Of a DNA stretch of 64,000 nt, positions 46,395 through 60,504 are shown piece by piece. How positions within the stretch are numbered: the stretch's first letter is position 1; each line of letters begins with the position of its first letter. The notes below the pieces were generated by a model. The model did no database searches. It was not told the origin of the DNA and saw nothing but the letters and a program-made list of their open reading frames with translations. Location: the NCBI RefSeq assembly GCF_009914755.1, contig NC_060936.1; one strand, 5' to 3'. Made by a program: the position numbers and the translations under genes. The stretch is from the human T2T-CHM13v2.0 reference genome, Homo sapiens.

Positions 46395-47499
46395 TCTTTT
46401 CTCTTGGTTTCCACAGCCAGCTTCTGTGGCTTTTTTGATGTCTTAAAGTTTTTCCAAGCTCTTGGGTAATTTCCTAATATCCCTTATTTAAACATGTTTA
46501 AATATCTCTCATCTTAAAAAAAAAAAAAGCCTGCTCAAACCTGCCCCCACCCAACGATCAATCTATTTTACAAGTTGCTTACATCCTTGCTGTTTCTGTT
46601 TATCTGCCATCCTTCCAAAAATATGTATTGAGCCCTGTTACATGTCAGGCACTAACTTATCTAATCTGAGGTTACAGTATGGACCAGAGAAACACAGGAC
46701 CTCATTCTCAGGGTCTTTCGTTCTCAGTTTGGAACCAGCATGGCATGTTGTAGAAAGAGTAAGTAGACTATTTTGTGGTAGGAGCAAGAGAGAGCATGGT
46801 TAGAGTTTAGGGCAAAGAAGAAGACCAGATTATATGGGGCTTTTAGATCATTATGAGGAGTTTAGATAGTGTTCTGTGTGATGGAAGCCATTAGAGGATT
46901 TTAGGTAGGCAGTGGCAAGATCTGATCTGCATTTTAAAATAATAACTCCAGCTGCTTTGTGTTGAACGGATTGTAGGGGCCAAGAGTGGAGGCAGTAAAC
47001 CATTTAGGCCTACTTCAGTGGTTCAGATAGGAATTGATAATGGTTTGGACCACAGTGGTGGTGGCAGAACTGAGACCTTGCTGATTGGATATAAAGTCTA
47101 AGGAAAAGAGAAGAATCATCTATACTATTCCACTGAAACAGTTTTGGTTGAAGCCACTAATGGTGTTCATATCATTGAGCCCAGTGAGCTCAATTTGGTC
47201 CCTGTCTTCCTGACTTCAGAGCGTTTGATACACTGACCACCCATTCCTTCTAGAAATTGTCTTTTCTCTTGGTTTCTGTTATTGTTAGACACATGATTTT
47301 AGGCAAATTAGTTATCTGTGCCTCAGTTTTGTCACTTATAGAATGGAGATAATATTGTATCTACCACATAGGTTATTGTAATCATGAAATGGGAGGATAT
47401 ATGTGAATTACTTAGCACAGTAATTCTCAGAGTTAATTCCCAGTAAGTTAACTAGCGTTGTCATTGTCATCGTCATCATCATCATCATCATCATTCTGG

Positions 47500-48845
47500 G
47501 ACAACACTTTCCTTGACCTCTCCTTTTTTTGGCCTCTGCTCCTTCTTGATCTTCTTTGCTAGTTCTTTCTCCTTCAACTCACTTCTGAATGTTGAAGTTC
47601 TCAGGGCTCTGATATTTACTTTTCTCATTTAGTACACTTTCTTAGACAATCTTATTTATTCCATGGCTTTAGTTCTGTCTGTATATAATCAACTGTCCAC
47701 ATCTACCGCTCAGCCCAGTTCTCAATCCTGAGCAGAAAGAGGAAAAGATGAGCAGCAGCCCTGAGGTAAGAGTGTAGCTCATTGAAGATTGGGAAAGAAG
47801 AGTAGTGTGGTGCTCTTCTAGATTTTAAAGGATTTGGGAAGCACTGCCATGCTGCCTCTTGAAAAAGACAGCCAACCTGAGAAATACTGGGGGCATTGCC
47901 TGGAAATCCTGGATGGCATTCCAATCAGAAAAAAGAAACTTCAATATACAGACAGAACTAAAGCCATGGAATAAATAAGATTGTCTAAGAACGTGTACTA
48001 AATGAGAAAAGTAAAAAGTAAAAGCAGAATTCCATGTATTCATTTGCCTCTATATTATCTCCATTTAAATGGCTGTGTCTTAGATACCATAAACACATCA
48101 CAAGCTGAACTTTTTTTGCCTGAACTTAAGCCTCCCCACCTTGTTACCTAGCTTAATAAATGGTACTGCTATTTGCCCAGTTACTTGAGCCAGAATTGAA
48201 GTCCTCTTAAATTTTTTTTATTGATCTCATGTCCTGTGTCATTTCTTTGCCTAGATTTCTGCAATGGCTTCCTAAAGTGTCTCACCACCTTTGTTCTTAC
48301 ACCGCTCCCATCCATTTTCCACCTTTTAGTCATGTTTCTCTTTTTAGTTTGCAGATTTGATTATGTTCTCCTTCACTTACTTCCCTTTCTTTTTGGGACG
48401 AAGTTCCAAATTCTTATACTGGCTTCTAAGGTTTGCACCTGTCAGCCTTATCATTTTCTCCCCTGCTCCTCACTGACACCTCCACCACACTGCTCTTCTT
48501 TCCCAGTCTTCAATAAGCTACACTCTTACCTCAGGGCTACTGCTCATCTTTTCCCGTGTCTGGAATACTTCTTTCCTTATTCTTAATCTGGGCAACAGTC
48601 TTAGCCTTTATTCTTAGTTTAAATGTTACTTCCTCCAGGAAGGCTTTCTCATGCCCCACAAGCTACAGTACATCCCTCTGTTGTATAGGATCTTCCCCAC
48701 TCTGCTTCTATGTCATCCTTACTGCACTTGTTCATAATGTCTTTTGCTTCACTAAGACGTAAGCTTCATGGTGGCAGGGACCATGGCATCTTGTTTCTCA
48801 CTTTCTCCCCAGCTTCTGTTTGTTAAATAGAGTGAGGAATAAATG
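47500..48845 (+). mobile_element. Degraded L2 hosting the templated insertion
   Basis: L2-like pyrimidine-rich text (CCATGGCTTTAG, GCAATGGCTTCCTAA, GGCAGGGACCATG) on both sides of 47738-48029. Confidence 0.6.
47741..48015 (-). repeat. Three concatenated inverted local duplications
   Basis: 47741-47812 = revcomp of 48483-48554 (4/72 mismatches). 47818-47944 = revcomp of 49057-49183 (7/127). 47944-48015 = revcomp of 47615-47686 (1/72). Aligned by hand. Confidence 0.95.
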
Positions 48846-49852
48846 CAGCATGGGCATGCCCATTTTGGGGAATGAGAGGCCTTCTGGCTGGGTTGGTGTG
48901 TGTTTGTTTTAATCTTTCAGTGTGACAAAAGAGGAGAACAGAAAAGTTTCAGTTTTCTGTAGGTTTACTTTCAGAGCTCTCCTGTGGCCTCCAGGTAGAG
49001 GGGAGGGAAGCAGCATCATTCGAAGGCAGCTCTAGTAAGGAGATAGTGTTCTGGGGTTGAAGTTTCTTTTTTCTGATTGGAGTGCTGTCCAGGAATTCCA
49101 GGCAGTGCCCCCAGTATTTCTTAGGTTGGCTGTCTTTTTCAAGAGGCAGCATGGCAGTGCTTCCCAAATCCTTTGAAATCTAGGCATGAGCATTGCCACA
49201 GAACCCTTGTTTCATATGGCTTCCAACGTCAGAAGTGCTTATTAGTGTCTCCTGTTGGATCCAGATAGACCCTGTGAGTTTTAAGCTCCATACCTCATGG
49301 CCTACCTGCCCTCTGGCCTTTCATCCTATTTAGAATCCCACTGGGAATCTCCTGAATCTCACTAACTTGCAGTAACAATATTTGTGCATGAGATGAGTTA
49401 GGAGTTGGCCTTTTCTTCAATATAGCCTCTCTGCACGATAGCAGCAGTTTTTCAAAGTGGGTTTATTCTTTTAGTTTCCAATGCTGATGTAGGTTTTCCC
49501 CTATTTTTATACTTATCATTTTGATGGGAACTGGTGGGAATCTGACTGAGGAAGAACATGGGTGAGCTCTCTTTTGAAAGGTACTTATTTTATTGCCACC
49601 TTTGTCCTTGTGCATGTGTGCACATGCATGTGCGAGCAATTTGTTTTCCTCTTTGCTTTAAAAAAATCCTTCTAGGCCATTTTTTTGTATTGTAACTTTA
49701 TATGAGACATTATTTTTAATAGGCACATTTAAGTCATTTATATTTTATGTTATGGACATATTTGATGACACTCTTTGTACTATAGTTTTATGTTCTTTTT
49801 GTGATTTTTTCCACCTTGGTTTTCAATCTTTTGCCATGTGGTTTCTGTGGGT

Positions 49853-50159
49853 TTTTTTGTTTTGTTTTGTTTTGAGACAAGGTCTCTGTTGCCCAGGCAG
49901 GGATGCAGTGGTGTGATCACGGCTCCCTGTGGCCTCGAACTCCTGGGCTCAAGTGATCCTCCCACCACAGTCTCCCAAGTATTAAATACCTGGGACTATA
50001 GGCATGCCTACCACATCTGGTTACTTTTTTAAAAAAATTATGTGCAGAAGAGATGGCACTATGTTGCCCAGACTGGTCTTGCACTCCTGGCCTTAAGTGA
50101 TCCTCCTGCCGCAACTGCCAAAGTGCTGAGATTACAGGCGTGAGCCACTGTGCCTGACC
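49853..50159 (-). mobile_element. AluJ-like
   Basis: (GTTTT)n tail plus antisense dimer. Confidence 0.9.
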
Positions 50160-52050
50160 TTCCATGTTTTATTCACTTTTTTCTTTCATAGGGTTTATTT
50201 TAGGTTCTATGACCTTGAAAAAGTATCTAAAAACATCATTGAGCCTTACCTAAGTATTAAATTGAAAAAGTAAAAAATGCAGTAGCATTTGACTCTTTTC
50301 TACAGGAGAAACTTAGGATTCTTGTCTTTTTCTCTGCCTTGCCTTTGTTAGCTAGAGTGGGTCCTGTAGATCCACATGACTATTGTCGAATAGTTGACAT
50401 TCTATATGATTTTGTATTATACGTTCTCCCTTTTAAGGATTATTTTTATCTTTTTCATTAAATCATACAACATTTACTGCATTCAGTGACTACCACCACA
50501 ACTTTTAATGTTAATTTAACTATCCTTAAGGATATTTGATTCATACATCATTTGGCTAAAGTACATTTTTGAGTTGATGTCTCCCTTTTTTTTTTGGTAG
50601 GGAAAGATGTATGGCTGTTTATTTCCTGAGCCCTTCTGTTATCTGAGGAAATTAAAGACTATTATATAACATGTTAACTCTCCCTTGCAAAACAACATTT
50701 AATTAATAGGAGGATTACAAAGAAGCATAATTGGGAGGCTGTAAAATTCCTATATAGAATAACCTAAAAGCAAATAATATTTTAATTATGGAATATAAAA
50801 TGTTGCTAGCATTCTATAAGAATAAGAACCTAGGAAAAAAGGAATTTACTACAAATTCAGGTGATAAATTATATCAGTCACAAGGTTATTGCTAGGAATT
50901 CAAGACCTGTAATGTCATAGATAATTCTCAGGGTCACAATGCACAATTAGTTATAAGCCCTAGAACAGATTTATTTTTGAATGAGAGTAAGCAATATTGG
51001 CAGTTTTAGTTGAATTGCAATAAATGTTTTATAATTTCTATTGTGCTATTCACATTGGAGTTGACCAGCAGTTTGTTTTGTCAAATACTCATTTTATTAG
51101 TGTATTTTCTTCATGCATACACAAAGTTACATCACTCTATATGATTCATTGAAATAGTTGGTCACAAAATTTGAAATTTCTTTTTTGTCAAATATAATGA
51201 TTTCTCTGACAGTTGCTAAAACATAATTGTTGAAATGGAAAAAGTAATCTTAGTTGAGTTGTCTGTTAGGCAATCACCTCATTCTTTCCCTGTGCAAAAA
51301 TAAATTAATTAAACCCTCCAACACTCACACGCATGCATGCATGCACCACAGCCACACATACATTCTCTTTCTCTCTTTTAAACTTCGTCTTACTTTTCAA
51401 TCTCCATAAGGGAAGTAAATCTCACTGAGCATGCTGCTAGATGCTTTCAAAAACGTTCTCTCATTTAACTCTTCCAAAACTTAATGAAGTACATGTTATG
51501 ATCTACATTATACGAGTGAGGAAACAGGATCTATAGAGATCCACAGGAAGCTGAGGATCTTAGAGAGTAACTAAATTGCTTAAAATATATCAGCTGGTTA
51601 GGTGATAGAGTCAGGATTTGAACCCAGTTTGGACTCTTTCCTGTATACTGCACTGCCTAGACAGCAATACAGGATACCCTAGTCCCTGGGAACTAGGACA
51701 CTACGCACAAAGATGAAGGAAAACAGGAAGTGCCATTTGTTCAGTGATACTAAAACATTTATTGAGCCTTTATTTTACAGAAGTGAAAGACCACTGACTA
51801 CTCTCAAGGAGTTTAAAAGAGAAACAGATTTATGAACCTAAACTTCAAACTGCAATAATAGAGATCCTGAAGTAGGAAGTAGTGTGGAGGAAGAACTGAT
51901 TAATTTTCTCATGGAAGTGATAGGGAGAAGGAAGTGGGGGACAACTGTGAAAGAAATGATATCTAAATGTATCATAAATATAAATGATTTGTAAATAATA
52001 TTCTGCCCAGAAGAGATAATACCTAAACTGTGTTTGAAGGTTAAAAAATA

Positions 52051-52425
52051 ATGGAATACTATGCAGCCATAAAAAGGAACAAGATTATGTCCTTTGCAGG
52101 GACATGGATGGAGCTGGAAGCCATTATCCTCAGCAAACTAATGCAGGAACAGAAAACCAAACACCACATGTTCTCACTTATAAGTGGGGGCTGAACAATG
52201 AGAACACATGGACACAGGGAGGGAGGCAACACACAATGGGGCCTGTTGGAGGGTGGGGTGAGGGGAGGGAGAGCATTAGGAAAAATAGCTAATGCATGCT
52301 GGGCTTAATACCTAGGTGATGGATTGATAGGTGCAGCAAACCACCATGGCACATGTTTACCTGTGTAATAAACCTGCACATCCTGCACATGTGCCCCGGA
52401 ACTTAAAATAAAAATAAAAATTAAA
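52051..52425 (+). mobile_element. L1PA 3' end, 5'-truncated
   Basis: ATGGAATACTATGCAGCCATAAAAAGGAAC...AACCTGCACATCCTGCACATG...GAACTTAAAATAAAAATAAAAA. Confidence 0.93.
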
Positions 52426-53004
52426 ATAGAATCCATTCTGCATATGAGATGGAGGATATGGGTCATATGGTGAGGGTAGACAAGACTGTATGGGAAACTA
52501 TAAATTGTTGGCTATCATCAGAACATTATATTTATTTGACAAATATTTACTGAATGCCTGCTAAGGTTAGGCATCGTGTTAGGTAGTAGAAATAAAGTAA
52601 GGGACAAGTAAGTTCATGAAGCATATAGTGTACCAGAGAGCGTTGAGGATTGAGGTTCTATACTTAGGAAAAGAAACAAACCTGATGGGTCTTGAATACC
52701 AGGATACATTGGTTAGATTTCTTTCCCCTGTCCTGTAGGTTCTAATGAGCCATAGAAGCATGTTATGCAGGCTTATGGCATGGTCAGAACTAGTACACAG
52801 CCCTTTTGCAGTAGTGTGGAGGGTGAATGTGAGGGGAATTAGATTGGAGGCAGAAAGACCAATAAGAGGCCATTACTTATGGTAGATGGGAGATGAAAGG
52901 GATGTATTTGAGCAGTATCTTGGAAATAAAATTGACAGCACTTAGTATTGTTTGGATATGAATGGTTACAGTAGAAAGGAATTGGTGGTGACTCCAAGGT
53001 TTGA

Positions 53005-53370
<366 letters not shown>

Positions 53371-54289
53371 TAATTAGTGAAGAAAGAAAGTAATAAATGA
53401 ATTGAGTTTGGGATATAATAAGCAGTTTGAAGTAGATATGGAATGCTCAGATTCTTTGAAAAACATCTTTTAATCACCTAAAATTCACGAAGAAAAACAG
53501 TATAGGACAAAGTAGAAATTTTGCAAAATATTTTATTTCTTCTACTTTATGATCTCATTCAGGACTTTTCCTCTCTCCTAAGCCCAACATGATGTCAAAG
53601 GATAGTTGATAGAGGTCATTAAATATACCTTTTAGTGGAATATAAGGAGTCCATTTTCATAAAACTTCTCTTTTATCTGCTATATCAGATGCAAGCCATC
53701 ATTATAATTTTATTTAATAATTTTCTATTTTCTATGGGGAGGGATACAAAAATTCAGATACAAGAGCAGATATTTACTTGTAATTTCCAGTGCTAAAACT
53801 TTTTATTCCATGAATGGGTGGCAAAGTTCTGACTTAAAATATATGAAATATGATTTAAGGATATGTATTTTTAAGGCTTATATTTAGCTCACTAAAAATA
53901 GTCTTTTAGTGATATAGATACTGTAGTTTATAGTCCCAGGCATAGGATTTAGTCAGCTTGCATTACCAGGTTTTTTCTTTAGATAAAATGGCCCATTGAG
54001 GCACTGGATCTTTTTTTATGTATAAGCTTTACTTTTATAAAAAACCTGCACATGGCTCTTGGTACAGGGGAACTAAGGTGAAAAAAACTACCTGCAACTC
54101 CACCTCTTTCTATTTCTGTCTCACTCCTCTGAAGTCATGTTTTAAAATCATTATTCTAGTAGTTACTTTCATAATTTTGGTTAATATAGTTATAGTGCTA
54201 TTTATTGATGCATCAGTTTCAGATAATAACCAGTTACAGAATATAAGTATTTATCTGCTGTCTCTTCACCTTTCTGTTTACCATTGTTA

Positions 54290-54720
54290 GACTTTAATAG
54301 ACAACAGGCTAAGCTGCTCTGACAAAGAGATTACAAGTGGAGCAACTTACAGAAAGTAGAAGTTTCCCTTTCATATACTAGTCCAAGGTTGGGCTGGTGA
54401 ATAGCTCTGCCTCATGACCTGTTAGGTTTGTCTTCCTCATCAAGTGCCTTACTTCTCAGGGTTCAAGTGTGCTGATGCAGTTGCTGCCATTTCTCAGGAG
54501 GGAAGAGGAAATCCAAAGCAAGTGACTTTGTCTTTAAAGGAGATGAGCTGAAAGATCATACATGACATTGAGTTACATTCCATTTTCCACAACTTAGTAT
54601 CATGTTCACATCTAGCTGCAAGGGAAGGTGAGAAATGAGGCTGTATGTTCAGTTAAAATTTCAGGGGGTTCTATTACTAATAAGAAGAAGGGAGTATGGA
54701 TTCTAGGGGTCAGTTAGCGT
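54290..54720. mobile_element. MLT1-like MaLR LTR
   Basis: AGGCTAAGCTGCT...CATCTAGCTGCAAGGGAAGG...GAAATG...TTCTATTACTAA...GAAGAAGGG motifs. Confidence 0.55.
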
Positions 54721-55679
54721 TTTCCAGTCTAGTTGGTGTCTTCTAACCCTCTACTTTATAAGAGGAGGACACTGATACCCTGAGTCTTTCCTCCACCTTT
54801 CTTTCCAGCCTTCTTTACATTTTGTTGCTATATAGTTTTTGTTTCACAATGTGAACTTGCTAATGCTTACAGTCTGTTCTGAAATCACAGTCAAATATTT
54901 GTCCATAGGTTGTCTCTAAAAGCTTATATTGTTATGACTATGTGCACATCGATTACTTCCAGGTCACAATGTGAGCTATTAATGTGGTTCCTTCTCATTA
55001 GTTCCAGGGTCATGATCTCAGCTGTTGAAAGAAACAGACATTTTTCTATCATCATGGCAAATGGATTGATTTTCCTTGTATTTGTTGATTGATTTAAAAT
55101 CAAAAGTTGTATCTGTAAGGTCTGGATTTAGGCATTGACTTGCTAGATCACTAGCTTTCTACAGTGAATGTGCTTAGTGTCCAATAAACTTTCAATTGCT
55201 TCAGGAAATAAGATCTTCACATCGTCATTTTATTGTGACCAGAAGCTACTCAGTCACTTTTGCAGCTGAGGAAAATCTTTAGTTTTTGGTGTTGAGACAA
55301 GTTTATGAGCTCTGAGTGATCAAAGTCAAGTAGCTGTCTCCTGGCCTTTAATGTGGGAATATGAGAGGGCAGCCGTATCTTCTGACTAAATTAAGAATCT
55401 CTTTGGGATATTTAGGATAGAAGGGATGACTAATGAGAGAGAAACTATAGACTTTTGGAAGTGGTCTCACTGTCCTTGGCATTAGACTTCTCATCCTTCC
55501 AGACTCTGTTGTTTTCTAAAACAAGGACATCAATCTGGGGGCACAAGGGCCCCTGCCCTTGAGGAGTTTGGAATGTAGTAGAAGAGATTAAAATAAAGTT
55601 TAGTTCAAATTCTGGCTCCATAATTTACTGGCCATTTAACCTCAAGCAGGTAATTCTCTAAGCTTCAGTTTCAATTGGA

Positions 55680-56070
55680 ACAAATAGCCCCCAAATCCCA
55701 ATGGTTTAAAATGCTGAAGGTTTAGTTCTTCTTTGTACTGTTTGTTCACTGTGGTTCAGATGGGAGCTCTGCCCCGTATCTCCTTATCCCAGAATTGTGA
55801 TTAATGGAGCAGCCACCATCTAATTATAGAACATTGCTGTTCCCTGCTGCAGAGGGAGAGAAAGCCCTGGAGGGTCTCACACCAACAGCTAAGTACTCTG
55901 GCTTGGAAGCAATACACATAATCATTTCTGCTCACAATTTATTGCCCAGAGCTAGCCAGCCACATGTTCCTACCCAACCACAAGGGGGCCAGGAAGTGCA
56001 TTCCTACCACGTGCCTGGAAAATGGAGAGCCAGAAATACTGTGTACAGAGTAATAATGACTACTACCTAT
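55680..56070. mobile_element. MLT1-like MaLR LTR
   Basis: ATGGAGCAGCCACCATCT...TCTGCTCACAATTTATTGCCCAGAGCTAG...CAAGGGGGCCAGGAAGTGCA motifs. Confidence 0.55.
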
Positions 56071-56469
56071 AGGAGTACCTAGCTCAGGGTTGATGTGAGG
56101 ATTAAATGAGGTTACACACATATATACACACACACAGACACACACATACACATACACACAGTACAGGTGCTCAAAAATGATTATTGTTAATCTCATTATA
56201 GATGTATACATGCAAATATTAAATAATATATATGGAGACTAAAGGCTTTATTATAAGGTTATAAGACTATCATAACATATACGAAAATGCCTTGTAAATA
56301 ATAACATACTGTGCAAATGCAAGTTGATATCTAGTAGATGTTAGAAGATAAAGCATTAGAGCTTGGATCAAAGTTGGTGCTAGACCTTTGTATTCATCTA
56401 TCAAGAAATGATGGTTGAAGTTGTAAGAATAGGTAAAATCTACACGGAAATTTTGGAAAACTTGCATTT

Positions 56470-57275
56470 CCTACTGTGAGCTTGACAGCTTCTCAATATT
56501 TAAAAACTTTTCTGATGAAATCAGTGATGATATTAATGAGTATGGTTTTTTGATACCATGTTACGAAATGTTTCAACATAAGAAAGATCTGTATAACTCG
56601 GTGAACCAATGTTTTCCAAAGGAACAGTGCAGGATGTTACAAAATCATGGAAGGTTAGAAGGTCCATTCAAAACGCAAGATAGACCAATGGGTTTTAATG
56701 TAACAGTATGAGAATTTCGTTGATATGGTTTCAGACTACCATTTGTTGATCTTCGGTGTGATAACAAAAGAATAAAACATACAATTATCTGAAAAGGTTA
56801 TTAAAATACTCCTCCACTTTCCAGCTACTTATTTGTGTGAGTCTAGATTTTCTTCACGTATGTACTTCAACCAAAACAACGTATCACAACACATTGATTG
56901 CAGGAGCAGAGATGAGGATTCAGTTGTTTTCTATTAAGCTAGATAATAAAAAGAGATTTGCAAAAATATAGAACTCTTTCCATTATACATATATTTTTAT
57001 TTTGGGTAATATAGTTAATTTTCACTATAAATGTCATTTTTATAAATTATTTAAGCTTTCAGGTTAAAATAAAGTTTTACTATTTTAAGAATAGTCATTT
57101 TGTAAATTATTTTTTATTTATTTTTAATGGAGTAAACAAATATCTAAAAAGTTTCTCAGCTGTAATTTTTAATAAGTAAATATTGATATTTATAATCATG
57201 TAAACAAAAGGTATTTGGAGCCCTTGATAATTTTGGGGAGTGTAAGGAATCCTGAGATCCAAAAGTTTGAGAATG
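56470..57275. mobile_element. Charlie1-like hAT transposon 3' fragment
   Basis: GTGAACCAATGTTTTCCAAA...CCATTCAAA...AGATAGACCAATG...TTTAATGTAACAG...AAAAGTTTGAGAA. Confidence 0.7.
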
Positions 57276-60089
57276 GGTAACCGTAAAGATATAGAGATGA
57301 AAGAATACAAATAAAAAGTCTTCCTTCATACAGCTTCTCTTTGGTACCAAACTCCCATATGTCCCTGCCACTCCCTCTCCTAAAGCTGGAAGCAATTCTC
57401 TTTCCTGTGAAATTCTGTAATTCTTAATTTCTACCCCTGTTAACTCATTTAGCTTATGTCCCACTTAATGTTCCCACTTAAGCTAATGTTTTTTAACAGC
57501 ACAGACTATGTCTTACATCTTTTCATGTTCATCAGCACCTGATACATTGTTTTCCATGTAGTAGGAATTTATATAGATGAATTGAGTAAGTTAAAAAAAA
57601 TTACCTCTTAAAATCACTTGAAAGATCGAGTAAGCATTCTGAATAGCCAGGATTCTGTTTCTTAAAACAAATACAATCACAAAAGGATCTCTGTTTAACA
57701 AAAGGAATGCCAAATTCCAGCCAATGAGCTATGGATTTCAAGCAGTAGCTAAATGGTTGATCAATTCACTCAACAAACGCCAGTTGAGCATAAACTGCTA
57801 GGCACTGGGTTGATAAGAACAAAGATTTTTTTATAGAACTTTATAGTAGACACTTAGATTAGTGGTTCTCATGATGAAGTTTCTTCTGTTTATAATAAGA
57901 TGAAAAAATAGCGACAATGAAACTTCTCCCCCACAAAACTACATATATTCTACTTAAAAGAATGTTTTTTATCTTGAGATCGCTTTCTTAGTTCTTGGTG
58001 TCAACATAATCTTTCTTTTCGGATATTATGGTGAGATTAGGGCTTTGAGCCTTTTTTTTGGTCATTATTTGACAAAACTCAAAACTGTTGGCTCCTACAG
58101 TTCTGGGTGTGGTGGAGGGGAGCATTTTACTAGCTTGTGAAAAACCACTGATGTAGACATTCCTTTGGCATTTATTGGGAAGGGATTCGACCTTTAGGTT
58201 TGACACTTTAAAACTACTGGTACAATCAGCTCATTTATTCTGGAGCTAATTATCAGCTTTGTGAGTTCTCTAGATTCCTTTTTATACCATCTCTTTTTGG
58301 AAGATTAGTGTTCAACTACGGGGAAAAAAGTAAAAGGGAAAAAAGATAAAACAAAACCCTAGCAGATTAACTTTAATCAAATTTTTGGATGTTAGAATTC
58401 ACGGGGGAGATGAAGAAGTAGAGATTTTTGACCAAAATAGGGCATTTGAATTATTTTTGGATTTCAAGTCTGGTTACATTTGCAACTTCCCACCTCTTCA
58501 TAGGAACTAATAATTTTATAATATATTTTAATTCAAATTATTACCTTTAAGCATTATTAGCAGTTGAGATGGCAGAGATAGAAGCATTGGAAATGATGAT
58601 CCTGAACAATATAGTCATATCCTGAACATATAATCGGTCATTTTCATAGTCTTTCACTCAATAAATGAATGACTCAATAAATAAATGCCGGGTACTGGGA
58701 TGCAGGGATAAAAGACACTGTCACTGTCGTTAAGGGGTCTATAATCTAGAAGAGGGAGAGATCTAAGCAAATCAGTGCCCTGAAAGTTGTTATAGGGGAT
58801 GTGATAGCGTATTTGGTGCTATACTGGGGACTAGAATTGGAGGCGTTAGGAATGGTGGAGGTTGGAAGTGGTGGCAAAGATAGTAAGGATCTGGAACGAA
58901 GACATGGAGGTGAAAATAGGAAACAGCTGACCTATTACAAAAATTACCACCATGTTAGTATGGCAGGAGTGTGGGGTGCGGTGGGTTGTAGAGGTATGGC
59001 AAGGGAAAAGGCTGAAGAGTTCAGCAGCAGCTGAGTGTAGAACTTTAGATACTTTAGATGCTTTGTTTAGGAATTTGGGCTTTATCAGAAGGATTTATCA
59101 GAATGTGTTCTGGGGGCTGGGTGATAGGACAGAAAGGGGTTTTGTATGATGAGAAACATTTCAGAGGCACCAATTGAGACGAAGTTAAGCAGCCATATCT
59201 ATTGAAGACTTCTCAGACCCTTTATATTGGTTAGCATTTCCATGACTATTTGACTGCTAAACTTGTGGAAGGAGCGGCTATATTATGTTTCTCAGAACAT
59301 GGTTTGGAGAACCCTGTGATATACAAGGGGGAATCATCAAAATGTTTTAAGCAGGAAATTATAGACAATTATGGAATCTAATTCTGTTCTTAACACATAA
59401 TGTGATACTGCTCATTAGGTATTGTGCAGTCAGTATTTTTAAATGCCCACTATTTTCAAAATTATCTACCAGATATTTTGGGAGATTAGGAAGATTCATG
59501 AGACATCTTGTCTGGCTTTTAAAAAAATAACATGTTGATTAGGTTGGGTATGGTGGCTCACGCCTGTAATCCCAGCACTTTGGGAGGCCGAGGTGGATGG
59601 ATTATCTGTAAATGTCATTCATCCATGTAGTTAATTGAATAAAAGGCAATGCGAAAGTGAGGAAGTTGAGAATAAACTTGGAGAATTATGGATTTTCTGG
59701 TGATCCTTGCTCAATGCTGATTTCTACAGGGTGTTTAATGCTAAGCTTTTGCTTTCAGGACTAGGATTGTTTCTGGCAATGGCCTTCACTCAGACAGTTC
59801 AGGGAATACAAACGGGTGAAAGCTGCCGAATTGAAACTTCAATTTAGGTGATCTGAGAGTGGAAGTAGCTGTTAGTTTGTTTGGTCCTCAAAAGTACATT
59901 GTCAACATTTTGAAGTTTTGGTAGATTAACATAGAGTTAGCTTTACAGATTGTGAAGGTATTTCCAAAGAATTTAAAGAAAAAGTTGAAGGTGAAAGCAG
60001 TTGAAGTTGCATGTGGTGGAACTAGAAATATCAAGTCTAGAAATCTGAGAATGTCAAGGGAGAGAATCTTCAAGTAATCTTCTTCTTTT

Positions 60090-60384
60090 TTGTTATTTTT
60101 CTTTTTTTTTTTTTTGAGACAGGGTCTTTCTCTGTTGCCCAGGCTGGAGTGCAGTACGCAATCTCAGGTCACTGTAATCTCTGCCTCCCAGGTTCAAGCG
60201 ATTCTCCTGCCTCAGCCTCCTGAGTAGCTGGGATTGCAGGCGCCCACCACCATGCCTGGTTAGTTTTTGTACTTTTAGTTTCGCCGTGTTGGTCAGGTTG
60301 GTCTGGAACTCCTGACCTCAAGTAATCTGCCCACCTCAGCCTCCCAGAATGCTGGGATTACAGTGTGAGCCACCTCGTCTGGCC
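60090..60384 (-). mobile_element. AluS-like
   Basis: Antisense dimer; TSD TCAAGTAATCTTCTT. Confidence 0.92.
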
Positions 60385-60504
60385 ATCAAGTAATCTTCTT
60401 GAATTAAGTTTCCTTATTACATGTTCGTCATACTACCTAGTGGGGAAACATGGAATCAGAGTATTTAGAGTTGGTTGGTGCATCATAAGGCTTTTCATTG
60501 CCAG

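Noticed and set aside
47703-49167. Similar peptides in ORFs 47703-47924(-) and 48221-48586(+), suggesting a duplicated gene
   Set aside because: Explained by the inverted DNA duplications inside an L2 remnant; no coding signature.
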